DNA of 64,000 bases from the NCBI GenBank assembly GCA_022841245.1, contig JALHRW010000002.1:3362-67361 (forward strand). The letters are read 5' to 3'. The notes under the pieces are model-generated. The model was given only the letters and a program-made list of their open reading frames with translations. It was not told where the DNA came from and ran no database searches. Made by a program: the position numbers and the translations under genes. Shown one piece after another: positions 44,420 to 52,969 of this stretch (its first letter is position 1; each line of letters begins with the position of its first letter). This DNA is from Planctomycetota bacterium (GTDB taxonomy: Bacteria; Planctomycetota; UBA11346).

Positions 44420-46474
44420 TCAGGCGCCGATTTCGGTCGCCTCGTACTGATCGTTGAAGGCATGCAGCCGCGCCAGGTAGCCGTCGAGGTCGAGGAGATC
44501 CTCGTCGACCATCAGATAGCGCATGTCGGCGGTGCGGTTGGCGAAGTGGCGGGCGCGCTCCGGACGCCACATGTAGGTGCGCCCGTCGGCGGCCAGACCC
44601 TTGGGCAGGCGGGTGCGCTCCCAGCAGGCGACCAGCTCGCGGTAGACGCGCTCGCGCTCGGCGATCAGTCCGCCCAGCACCTCCTCCATGCCGCGCAGGC
44701 AGCGCAACGCGCCGGCACGGTCGATGACGTGCAGATCGTAGGAGGCCGTCTTGAGCAGCTCCTCGACCCGGCCGAGGCCGAGGATGAGGTCGACGTTGTG
44801 ACGCATCAGCGCGACGCAGGACAGCATCACCTCGAGGTCGTAGGCATGATGCGCGCCGTGAGCCAGGTTGGCGCGCAGGATCGACTCGGCGCGTTCCAGG
44901 CCCTGACGCTGCTCGTGCGCTCGGCGCAGCATCGGCGCATAGCGTTTGCGCCAGAAGGTGTCGTATTCCAGCCCGGCGCGCGGGAGGTCGGGGAGGTGCA
45001 CCTTGCCGACATCGCCCCAGTGCCAGACGCGGCGCTGCAGCGTGTCGTCGTAGAACAACGCCCCCTCCTGCAGCAGGCGCTGGCATTCGCGCATGCTCCC
45101 GGCCTGGGCGCCGAAGTAATGCAGGTAGAAGCGGTCGATCCAGGCGTCGAGGTCGGGCTCGTCGGGGTTCCAGCTCCAGGCGCAGGCGCAGGCGAAGTGC
45201 GGCATGAACATCTGGTTGTGCAGGCCGGAGTCGTCCCACGAGGTGGTGATCGAACCGCGCACCGAGCCGTCGCGCGCGGCGCGGCGGATGGCGTCGCTGG
45301 TGCGGGCGAAGCCGCCGACCCAGCGCTCGCCCGGCCAGTCGCTCCACATCGACGACTTGACCCACGGCAGCTGGAAATCGATCAGCGCGGTGACACCGGT
45401 GTTGGGAGCGTAGATCCAGCAGGGATAGCCGGCCTCGGCCGAGGCCTTGACCACCTCCGGCCGCTCACCGTCGCACCACACCATGCCCGGACGCGGTGGA
45501 CGGCCGCCCGGCTTCCACTGCCCGCCCCACGACAGGCAGGTGCGGCCCTGCGCTTCGACCCAGTCGGTGCAGCGGTCGATGAACAGCCGCATCAGGTCGT
45601 CCTTGCCGTGCGCCGCCGCGTGCGCGGCGCAGCCGCAGGCGGTGCCCAGGCCCAGCTCGTAGGTTTCGTCCGAGCCGATGTGCAGGAAGCGGCTGCCCGG
45701 CGTCGCCTCGATCGCCTCGCTCCACAGCTGGAAGAGCAGCTCGTAGCTGCCCTCCTTGAGCGGGCAGAATTCCCAGTCGGAATCGGGGATCTCGCGCAGG
45801 TGGCGGAACTCGCGGTGCTTGAGGATGAAGGGCACGTGGCCGAGGCCCTGCACCAGCGGCACGATCTCGACGTGGTGACGGCGGGCGTAGGCGGTCAGCT
45901 CGGCCATCTGCGCGATGGTGAAGGCGCCGGGCGCGCCGAGCTGCGGGTGCCGACGCCAGGCGAGCTTGTCCTCCCACTCCCACACCAGGATGTTGGCCTT
46001 CCACGCCGCGATCTCGCGGATGAACGACTGCACGTAGGCGTAGGTGTCCTGGTGGTGCTTGGTGTCGTAGTGGATGGCGCGATGGGCCAGGGCCGGCGCG
46101 TCGTCGATGCGCAGGCAGGGCAGGCGCCGCCCGTCGAGGCACTGGATCAGCGTCTGCACCGCGTAGTAGACGCCGGCCGCGTCGTTGCCCACGATGCGGA
46201 TGCCGTCGGCCGCGATGTCCAGGCGGTAGCCCTCGACCGGACCGTCGCCCCGGGCGATGCTGACCAGCGGCGCTGCGCCGCCGATCATCGCCGTGATGCC
46301 GAGCTCGTGCAGAGCCTCGATCAGACAGGTGGCAGCGAAGGCATCCTCGTCGTCGTCAGCGGCAATGCGGATGGCCAGGCGCGCAGGAAGCACCAGCTCC
46401 CCGCCGGTGAGGTTCAGTGAACGCGGCGTCGGGATGAGGTTGGGCGTCATGGGCTCGGTCTCGGTCGAGCTCAT
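44420..46474 (-). CDS. glycoside hydrolase family 20 beta-N-acetylhexosaminidase-like
   Basis: ORF 44420..46474. The N-terminal domain is GH20b-like (IPTPRSLNLTGG ... GYRLDIAADGIRIVGNDAAGVYYAVQTL). The catalytic region carries the H-x-G-x-D-E motif (FLHIGSDETYELG). The ATG overlaps the upstream stop (46471-46474). Confidence 0.75.
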   Translation of the reverse strand: MSSTETEPMTPNLIPTPRSLNLTGGELVLPARLAIRIAADDDEDAFAATCLIEALHELGITAMIGGAAPLVSIARGDGPVEGYRLDIAADGIRIVGNDAAGVYYAVQTLIQCLDGRRLPCLRIDDAPALAHRAIHYDTKHHQDTYAYVQSFIREIAAWKANILVWEWEDKLAWRRHPQLGAPGAFTIAQMAELTAYARRHHVEIVPLVQGLGHVPFILKHREFRHLREIPDSDWEFCPLKEGSYELLFQLWSEAIEATPGSRFLHIGSDETYELGLGTACGCAAHAAAHGKDDLMRLFIDRCTDWVEAQGRTCLSWGGQWKPGGRPPRPGMVWCDGERPEVVKASAEAGYPCWIYAPNTGVTALIDFQLPWVKSSMWSDWPGERWVGGFARTSDAIRRAARDGSVRGSITTSWDDSGLHNQMFMPHFACACAWSWNPDEPDLDAWIDRFYLHYFGAQAGSMRECQRLLQEGALFYDDTLQRRVWHWGDVGKVHLPDLPRAGLEYDTFWRKRYAPMLRRAHEQRQGLERAESILRANLAHGAHHAYDLEVMLSCVALMRHNVDLILGLGRVEELLKTASYDLHVIDRAGALRCLRGMEEVLGGLIAERERVYRELVACWERTRLPKGLAADGRTYMWRPERARHFANRTADMRYLMVDEDLLDLDGYLARLHAFNDQYEATEIGA

Positions 46475-47514
46475 GCCGCCCGCTGCGCCGCTGCAGCGGT
46501 CCAGGCCAGGCGTCGAGCCTGCTCGATCAGCGGCGCGCCGGTGAAGCCGGGCGGATAGGGCAGCCAGTCGTAGCGCATGGCGTCGAACGCCGACGAGGGC
46601 ATGAAGTCGTCGGATGCGCTCAGGCGCAGCGGCAGATCGCCTTCGGCTCCGGGCGGCAGACCGTGTTCAGCCAGCAGCGCGGCGAGATCGCGCCGCTGGC
46701 CGGAACGCTCGCGATGCAGGGCGGCGAAATCGATGTTGCGCAGATCGCGGCGGGCCTTCAGCCAGTCGAGCCAGCCGGAGCAGCGCCGCTGGTAGCGCTC
46801 GACCTCGTCGGCCGGACGCAGCGGCGCTGGCGGGCAGTCGGCGATGGCGCGGCGACGGCCTTTGGCGAAGGCCTGGTCCCAGAAATCCGCCGTCACCAGC
46901 CGGGTGGGATGGGTGTAGAGCACGATGACGCCGTCGGCCGGCGTGGCCGCGACCAGCTCGTCGATGCGCTGCTCGAACGCGCCGGGCATGAAGCGGCTGT
47001 CCTCGTAGAAATCCTGGAAATCGAGATCGTAGTTCGACACCAGCAGGCCGCAGTACCAGTGCGGCGTGCGCGGGAAACCCGCCAGCTTGTCGTTGCAGAA
47101 CACCTGCAGGCCCATGCGCGCCATCGCCAGCAGGGTCGCCGGCGTCCACGAGTCGCCGGGCGAGCAGTAGCTCACCGGCCAACGCCCGAAGGCCTCGGCG
47201 ATGCTCGCCAGGCCGGGCGCCTCGCGGCGCAGCACATGCGCGATGCCGTCGCGCAGGCTGAGATCCTGCACTGCTTCGGGATGGGTCGGCGGCTGCGAGT
47301 GGCGGTCGGTGTGGAAGCCGATCTCATGCCAGGCGATGGCGTCGATCACGTCCTGGCGATCCCAACGCCGCAACGCGCGCACCAGTTCGCCGACCAGCTG
47401 GAACGAGCCGCGCAGCCCGCGCCGGCTCAAAGCCTGGGCCCACCACAGTTCCGCCTCCGCCGCCTGCGGCGTGAGGTAGTCCTCGCTGTCGAAGGAAATG
47501 ATCAGGTCTGTCAC
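46471..47514 (-). CDS. NodB/CE4-like polysaccharide deacetylase family protein
   Basis: ORF 46471..47514 with a GTG start. NodB-like motif 1 is SFDSED and motif 2 is H-T-D-R-H (EIGFHTDRH). It is the first gene of the long minus-strand train. Confidence 0.55.
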   Translation of the reverse strand: MTDLIISFDSEDYLTPQAAEAELWWAQALSRRGLRGSFQLVGELVRALRRWDRQDVIDAIAWHEIGFHTDRHSQPPTHPEAVQDLSLRDGIAHVLRREAPGLASIAEAFGRWPVSYCSPGDSWTPATLLAMARMGLQVFCNDKLAGFPRTPHWYCGLLVSNYDLDFQDFYEDSRFMPGAFEQRIDELVAATPADGVIVLYTHPTRLVTADFWDQAFAKGRRRAIADCPPAPLRPADEVERYQRRCSGWLDWLKARRDLRNIDFAALHRERSGQRRDLAALLAEHGLPPGAEGDLPLRLSASDDFMPSSAFDAMRYDWLPYPPGFTGAPLIEQARRLAWTAAAAQRAA

Positions 47515-47515
47515 T

Positions 47516-47562
47516 GGAGCACCTATGGTGCACCTTATACGCGACGGCTACCTCATATTCAA
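47516..47562 (-). promoter_or_regulatory. candidate promoter plus GGTGCACC element of the 24-kb minus-strand gene train
   Basis: The minus strand reads TTGAAT (47562-47557), a 17-nt spacer, then TATAAG (47539-47534) running directly into GGTGCACCATAGGTGCTCC (47534-47516). An A follows, then the GTG start at 47514. Confidence 0.55.
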
Positions 47563-47692
47563 GTCGTCAGGCCCTTAGCAATTGCAGGCAATGGACTAAT
47601 GACTCATCCGTGAGCACAGAGGACGCAGAAGGCGAAGAGCTGGGTTGGGTCCTCCTCGAGCCTCCTTCTGTGCAAGGCCTATGATCAGCACC

Positions 47693-48793
47693 TCACCGGC
47701 CCTTCAGCACGCGCGCCGCGACCTGTTCGCCCAAAGCGCGCGCGGTGGTCCACTTGCCGCCCAGCACGGTGGTGACGCGGCCCTGCGCTTCGATGACGTA
47801 CTCGCGGGTGGCGCGGCTGGGGTCGGCAGCCGAGCGCAGCAGCGGACGCAGGCCGGCGAAGGTCGAGACGACGTCGCTGACGCCCGCCGGCGTGCGCATG
47901 ATGCGGTTGTGGAAGGCGAGCATGTACTCGCGCTCGGCGTCGCTGCAGCGCGGCTCGTGATCCAGCGCCTGCCGCTCCTCGGTGGTGCCGACCAGGGTGC
48001 GGCCCTGCCACGGCAGGACGAAGGCGATGCGGCGCTCGCCCTGGACCTCGGCCAGCACGCCGGCCGGGCAGGGGCGGTCGAGGATGAGGTGGCTGCCGCG
48101 CACCAGGTCGAGGGTGTGGGCGCAGGCGATGCCGCTGACGCGCAGCAGCTCGCAGGCCCACGGCCCGGCGACGTTGACCACGCGGTCGAAGGCGGTGCGG
48201 CTGCCGGACAGCCACAGGCCGCCGTCGGCATCGATGCGCTCGACCGGCGCGTTCTCGTGCATGCGCACTCCGGCTTCGCGCGCGCGCTCGGCAGCCCACA
48301 GGCCGAGCGCACGGTCGTCCATCTGCCCGTCCCAGAAGGTGAAGCCGCCGCGCAGACCTTCGGGCGCCAGATCGGGCTGCAGGCGCAGCAAGGCGTCGCG
48401 ATCGTGCCAGCGGTGCTTGCCCAGCGAACGGTCGCCAGACAGCCAGTGGTACATGCCCAGGCCGATGCGTACCATCCACGGCGGTCGGCGCGACCAGTCG
48501 TACACCGGCAGGATGATCTCCAGCGGATGCGCCAGATGCGGCGCCTGGCCGATCCACCAGGCGCGCTCGCGCAGGCCTTCCTGGACCAGGCGGAACTCCA
48601 TGTTCTCGAGATAGCGCAGGCCGCCGTGCAGCAGCTTGGTCGAGGCCGAGCTGGTCGCCCCCATCAGCGTGCCGCGTTCGTAGAGCTCGACGCTGTGGCC
48701 AGCCTTGGCCAGCGCCCAGGCGCTCATCACACCGTTGATGCCGCCGCCGATGACGGCGACGCGCAGGGCTTGGACGGTTACGGCTCGGCTCAT
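47693..48793 (-). CDS. FAD-dependent oxidoreductase, GlpD/GlpO-like (short form)
   Basis: Within ORF 47693..48847. ATG at 48793. Signature VIGGGINGVMSAWALAKAGHSVELYE ... TSSASTKLLHGGLRYLE, typical of glycerol-3-phosphate dehydrogenase/oxidase. It lacks the C-terminal domain of the long GlpD forms. Confidence 0.7.
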   Translation of the reverse strand: MSRAVTVQALRVAVIGGGINGVMSAWALAKAGHSVELYERGTLMGATSSASTKLLHGGLRYLENMEFRLVQEGLRERAWWIGQAPHLAHPLEIILPVYDWSRRPPWMVRIGLGMYHWLSGDRSLGKHRWHDRDALLRLQPDLAPEGLRGGFTFWDGQMDDRALGLWAAERAREAGVRMHENAPVERIDADGGLWLSGSRTAFDRVVNVAGPWACELLRVSGIACAHTLDLVRGSHLILDRPCPAGVLAEVQGERRIAFVLPWQGRTLVGTTEERQALDHEPRCSDAEREYMLAFHNRIMRTPAGVSDVVSTFAGLRPLLRSAADPSRATREYVIEAQGRVTTVLGGKWTTARALGEQVAARVLKGR

Positions 48794-48911
48794 GGGAGCA
48801 TCGTACCCGTTCAGCACCGGACCGAGGCCGTGTCCGGCGAGCTGCACGATGACTCAGTCGCGGCAACAACTTGCAACGGAGGTGCGTTGTCGGAGGCCGC
48901 CGACATGGCCC

Positions 48912-49994
48912 TCAGGGCAGCGGCATGATGGCGACGCGATGCGCCGGTCCGGCGACACCAGCGAGGTTCTCGACGCGGAACTCCAGACGCAGACCGGTCG
49001 CGGGAATGGGCAGTTCGATGGTCTCAGCGCACGGCTGCCAGTCGGGCTCGCTGCGCATGGCGTAGCTGCGGAAGTTGGGCGCGCAGCTTCCGAGGCGGAT
49101 GTGCACGCGATCGCCAGCACAACGTACGCCGCAGGACACCACATTCGGCGTCCACTCGAACCAGCCGCGGTGCGGGACGGTGACGAAGAAGCGGGCGTCG
49201 TAGGCCCAATGCGGTTTGCCGTCGCGGTACCAGATGTTGGCCTTGGCGTAGTCGTCCTCGTACAGCGCCAGAGCCGAGGAGACATGGGCGGGGAAGGCGC
49301 TGAAGGCGTCGCCGTTGAACTCCCACGACAGCCAGCGGTAGGTCTCCAGGACCTCGGCATGCGGGCCGGGCCGGCGCTCGCGCCGTGGTCCGTAGGCGCG
49401 CTCGACCTTGGCCCCGCCGTCGGCGAGGATCTCGGCGCGCATCTCGATGGCCGACAGCGGCACGCCGTCCTTCTCGTAGTGCAGATCGTACTTGGCGTCG
49501 CTCAACACCCACTTGCCCAGCTCGCCCACCCACACCTCGTTGACGCCGTGGTGGCGGCCGCGCTCCTGGCGCCCGTCGCCGACGCCGAGACTGCGCGTGA
49601 CATGGCCGTAGGCCGAGAGCACGGCCTGCTGCACCAGGCGGAAATGCGCGCAGTGGAAGCCGCCGCCGGCCTCGGCCGCCACCAGGATGTCCCAGGCGTC
49701 CTGGTGCGCTATCGCGGTGGGATTGTCGTCCTCGATGCGGATGCGGGCATGGATCCATTGGCGCAACGCCAGGATGCGGGCGAATTCGCCATCGACGCCG
49801 CGCACCACATCATCGAGCTTGAAGCGGCTGCGCAGCTCGGCGAAGCGCGGCGAGCGCAGATCCTCGCAGGCGAAACGCAGCTCGTTGATGCGCAGCTGCG
49901 GCCCCTCCTGCACGACGCGGTAACGCGGCGCGGGATCCTCGCCGGCAGCAAGGGCGAGGGCGGCGAGCAGCGGCACTGCCGGGCGCAGGTCCAT
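48912..49994 (-). CDS. transglutaminase-like (Cys-His-Asp core) protein, paralog 2, with signal peptide
   Basis: Within ORF 48912..50054. ATG at 49994 gives MDLRPAVPLLAALALAAG. Core: GGFHCAHF ... GRHHGVNEVW ... LSDAKYD. It is collinear with 7926..8999. Confidence 0.7.
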   Translation of the reverse strand: MDLRPAVPLLAALALAAGEDPAPRYRVVQEGPQLRINELRFACEDLRSPRFAELRSRFKLDDVVRGVDGEFARILALRQWIHARIRIEDDNPTAIAHQDAWDILVAAEAGGGFHCAHFRLVQQAVLSAYGHVTRSLGVGDGRQERGRHHGVNEVWVGELGKWVLSDAKYDLHYEKDGVPLSAIEMRAEILADGGAKVERAYGPRRERRPGPHAEVLETYRWLSWEFNGDAFSAFPAHVSSALALYEDDYAKANIWYRDGKPHWAYDARFFVTVPHRGWFEWTPNVVSCGVRCAGDRVHIRLGSCAPNFRSYAMRSEPDWQPCAETIELPIPATGLRLEFRVENLAGVAGPAHRVAIMPLP

Positions 49995-50002
49995 GACGAT
50001 CC

Positions 50003-51754
50003 TCAGGGTTTCGGCGGTTCGAGGCCAGCATCGCGACCGAAACGCGCACGCCACGGCGAAGCGGCGGGCAGGCGTCCCTCATCGTCGAGGACGACGGCGC
50101 CGCTCGCTCCGTCGATGTCGAAGCAGCCCTTGAGTGCGCTCCACGGCGTGCGCTTGCCGCCCCAGCCGGGGATGAACTCGGCGCGCTCATCGACCAGGTT
50201 GCCGTTCCAGGCGACGTAGCGGAAGGCCTTGGCGAAGCCGCTGTCGTGCGGCAGGCGGGCGAGGAACGGCACCTCCTTGCCGGTCTGCGCCGGCACGGCG
50301 ATGGCGTTGGCCCAGACGTGGATCAGGCGGCGGTCCTTGGGGAAATCGCGGACGATCGCCTGCGCATCGGGGTCGTTGGGCCCGGCCAGCTTGCGGTCGC
50401 CAGCCTCCAACGGCTCGGGCGCGGCGGCCGCCCCGCCCATCAGCGTCACCGAGCCACGCAGGGCGTTGTGGTGGATCCAGATGTTGCGCACCCAGCCCGG
50501 CTGGCTGCCGATCTGCAGGTCGCCGTCGACGAAGTTGTGGTGGAAGTCGATGCCATCGTTGCAGCCCTGGGCGGCGTACATGACGTTGCCCTTGAAGACG
50601 TTGTTGCGCACCGTGTTGTCCCAGCCGTTGTCCTTGTCCATGAAGGCGTGGCCGCGGGTGCGTTCGAAGCGGCTGTCCTCGACCAGCATGCCCTGGGTGG
50701 TGTACCAGTGGAAGCCGGCGCCGGCCTCGCCGAGCACGTCGGAGATGGTGCACTCCTGCAGCACGATGTGGCGGTAGGGCAGCGACTCGGGCCGCTTGCC
50801 GAAGGGGAAGGTCTCGCCGGGTGCGGCCTTCTCGTACTTCCGCTCGGCGGCGAAGCCGAAGATGAACGAGGAGTTCTCGCGCCAGTCGCCCCACAGGTGG
50901 TGCAGCTTGCAGCGCCGCCAGGTCAGGCCGCTGCGCTTGCCGTCCCACATGACGAACATGTAGAAGCAGGCGTTGCGGAACTCCAGGCCGTCGAAGACCA
51001 GGCCGTCGACCTGGTGGTCGATGTAGACGCGGTGGCCGTAGCCGGTGGTCGAGGCCCCCTCCTTCTTCACCGCGCGCTCGGCGGCCAGGGCCGCCGACCA
51101 CTTCTCCTCGCTCCAGCCGAGGTCGATCACCGGCTGCTCGCCCGGCCAGGCCGCCCAGCGCCGTGGCGAGGTCTTGCCGATGGTCAGGACGTTGGCGTTC
51201 TTCTTGCCCGCCGCGGCGGGCACCTCGACCGCATAGGTGCCGCCACGCAGGTACAGCGTGGTGCCGGCCGGATCTTCCACCGGCTGCGTCGCGCGCATCA
51301 CCGTCTTCCACGGCTTGGCGAAGGTGCCGGGATTGGCGTCGTCGCCCTCGGGGCCGACGAAGACGAAACCCGCGGTTCCCACCGCGATGCTGAAGGTCTG
51401 CTCGGCCTGCCGTCCGGCCAGGTCGGCCACCGTCACGGTCACGGGCACGCTGGCCTCGGCCTGCGGCGCCGTCCAGGTGATCGCACCGCTGCGCGGGTCG
51501 ATGGCCATGCCGGCCGGCGCCCCGCGCAGGGCGAAGCGGTACGGCCAGGTGCCGCCGGTCACCGCCGCACGCGCCTCGTAGCGCGCGCCGGGATAGGCGC
51601 GCAGCGGCGGCGAGGTGATGAAGGCCGGCTGGGCGAAGGCCGGCGCGTCCTCGGGCCGGACGTAGCGGGCATCGCCCTCGGCGGCGCCGAGGCAGGCGGT
51701 GAGCAGCAGACAGGCGAGTGTGAAGCGATGCATGGTTCCGTTCCCAGGTTTCAT
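50003..51754 (-). CDS. secreted Ig-like plus beta-helix protein (family A)
   Basis: Within ORF 50003..51784. ATG at 51754 (ATGA overlap); an alternative ATG lies at 51733. The Ig-like segment is YPGARYEARAAVTGGTWPYRFALRGAPAGMAIDPRSGAITW. It is followed by FVFVGPEGDDANPGTFAKPWKTV. Confidence 0.7.
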   Translation of the reverse strand: MKPGNGTMHRFTLACLLLTACLGAAEGDARYVRPEDAPAFAQPAFITSPPLRAYPGARYEARAAVTGGTWPYRFALRGAPAGMAIDPRSGAITWTAPQAEASVPVTVTVADLAGRQAEQTFSIAVGTAGFVFVGPEGDDANPGTFAKPWKTVMRATQPVEDPAGTTLYLRGGTYAVEVPAAAGKKNANVLTIGKTSPRRWAAWPGEQPVIDLGWSEEKWSAALAAERAVKKEGASTTGYGHRVYIDHQVDGLVFDGLEFRNACFYMFVMWDGKRSGLTWRRCKLHHLWGDWRENSSFIFGFAAERKYEKAAPGETFPFGKRPESLPYRHIVLQECTISDVLGEAGAGFHWYTTQGMLVEDSRFERTRGHAFMDKDNGWDNTVRNNVFKGNVMYAAQGCNDGIDFHHNFVDGDLQIGSQPGWVRNIWIHHNALRGSVTLMGGAAAAPEPLEAGDRKLAGPNDPDAQAIVRDFPKDRRLIHVWANAIAVPAQTGKEVPFLARLPHDSGFAKAFRYVAWNGNLVDERAEFIPGWGGKRTPWSALKGCFDIDGASGAVVLDDEGRLPAASPWRARFGRDAGLEPPKP

Positions 51755-52968
51755 CGGACGAGTTCCACCGCACCGATGTCGCAACGGCCATCGGCCGCGT
51801 CCTTGGCGTCCTCCGGCGAGCCGGCGTCGATCAGCGGCGAACCGGGCTTGGGCGCGTAGGCCGAACGATAGCGCTGCAGGACCGCGGTCACGGTGATGCT
51901 GCCATCCAGCATCTGCTCCATGCTGTACGGGAAGGGGTAGCCGAATTCCGGATCGACGCAGACCGCGCCGATCGCGGCGGCCTCGAGCGAATGCTGCTCG
52001 CAGCCCGCCTCGCCGGGCTTCCTGGCGCTCATCACCACGCCCTTGTGTCGCACCGGCGCATCGGCGAAGAGGTTGTAGTCGGTGCTGGCGATGGCGTCCG
52101 GGGTCTTCTCCTCGTCGTGGATGCCGACGCAGCGCATGAACAGGTTGTTGCGCAGGACCAGGCCCTTCGCCTTGGGCTCGGTGAGGTGGAACATGTGCCC
52201 GCTGCCCTTGCCGTTGCGCATGTCGATGGTGTTGTTGCGGATCAGCGCGCCCTCGCCGTTGTGCCGGCCGATCGACATCACGGCGGCGTAGCTGCGGCCG
52301 ACCAGGATGTTGCGCTCGATGCGCGCCTTGGGATGGACGCCGCAGATGTGCTCATGGGTGAAGTCGTTCTGGCTGGCGCCCTCGGGGACCGCCTGGGAAA
52401 TGAAGACGCAGCCGCTGATCGTCCCGCCCAGGGCCTTGCTCACCCAGGCGCCGCCGCTGAACACGCAATCGCTCACCTGCGAGCCGGGCGGGATCTCGAC
52501 CACCGCGTACTTGTTGCGCCCGGCGTCGACGAAGGTGCGGCGCACCTCGACCGGGTTGTTGTAGCAGGCCAGCTGCGCATCGACGATGACGCAATCCTCC
52601 AGCCTCAGATTTGGCCCTTCGCCCTGCAGATACCACGAACCGACGCCGACCTGGGACAGGCGGCAGAAGGCCAGGCTGATGCGGCCGCCGTTGGCGCCCA
52701 TCCCACCCGGGCCGGTCATGCGGATCGGCTTCTCCGCGCTGCCCTGGCCGCGGAAGTGGCCGCCGCCTTTGACGGCGATGCCGAACTTGCTCTGGAAGGT
52801 GATGACGGTGCCGGCTTCGACCGTCACCTCGGCGCGCAGCTCGACCTCGCCGGTGATGGCAACCTCGCCGCTCCAGTTCTCGGGCTTGGCAATGAGGCCG
52901 CTCTTCTCGCTCTTCTCGGCGGCCTGCGCCGCTACCAGCAGCACGCAGAGGATGATGCAGCGCAGCAT
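51751..52968 (-). CDS. secreted right-handed beta-helix repeat protein (no Ig domain)
   Basis: ORF 51751..52968. Signal peptide MLRCIILCVLLVAAQAAE. It has repetitive short beta-helix-like turns (NNTIDMRNGKGSGH, VLRNNLF). Confidence 0.6.
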   Translation of the reverse strand: MLRCIILCVLLVAAQAAEKSEKSGLIAKPENWSGEVAITGEVELRAEVTVEAGTVITFQSKFGIAVKGGGHFRGQGSAEKPIRMTGPGGMGANGGRISLAFCRLSQVGVGSWYLQGEGPNLRLEDCVIVDAQLACYNNPVEVRRTFVDAGRNKYAVVEIPPGSQVSDCVFSGGAWVSKALGGTISGCVFISQAVPEGASQNDFTHEHICGVHPKARIERNILVGRSYAAVMSIGRHNGEGALIRNNTIDMRNGKGSGHMFHLTEPKAKGLVLRNNLFMRCVGIHDEEKTPDAIASTDYNLFADAPVRHKGVVMSARKPGEAGCEQHSLEAAAIGAVCVDPEFGYPFPYSMEQMLDGSITVTAVLQRYRSAYAPKPGSPLIDAGSPEDAKDAADGRCDIGAVELVR

Positions 52969-52969
52969 G

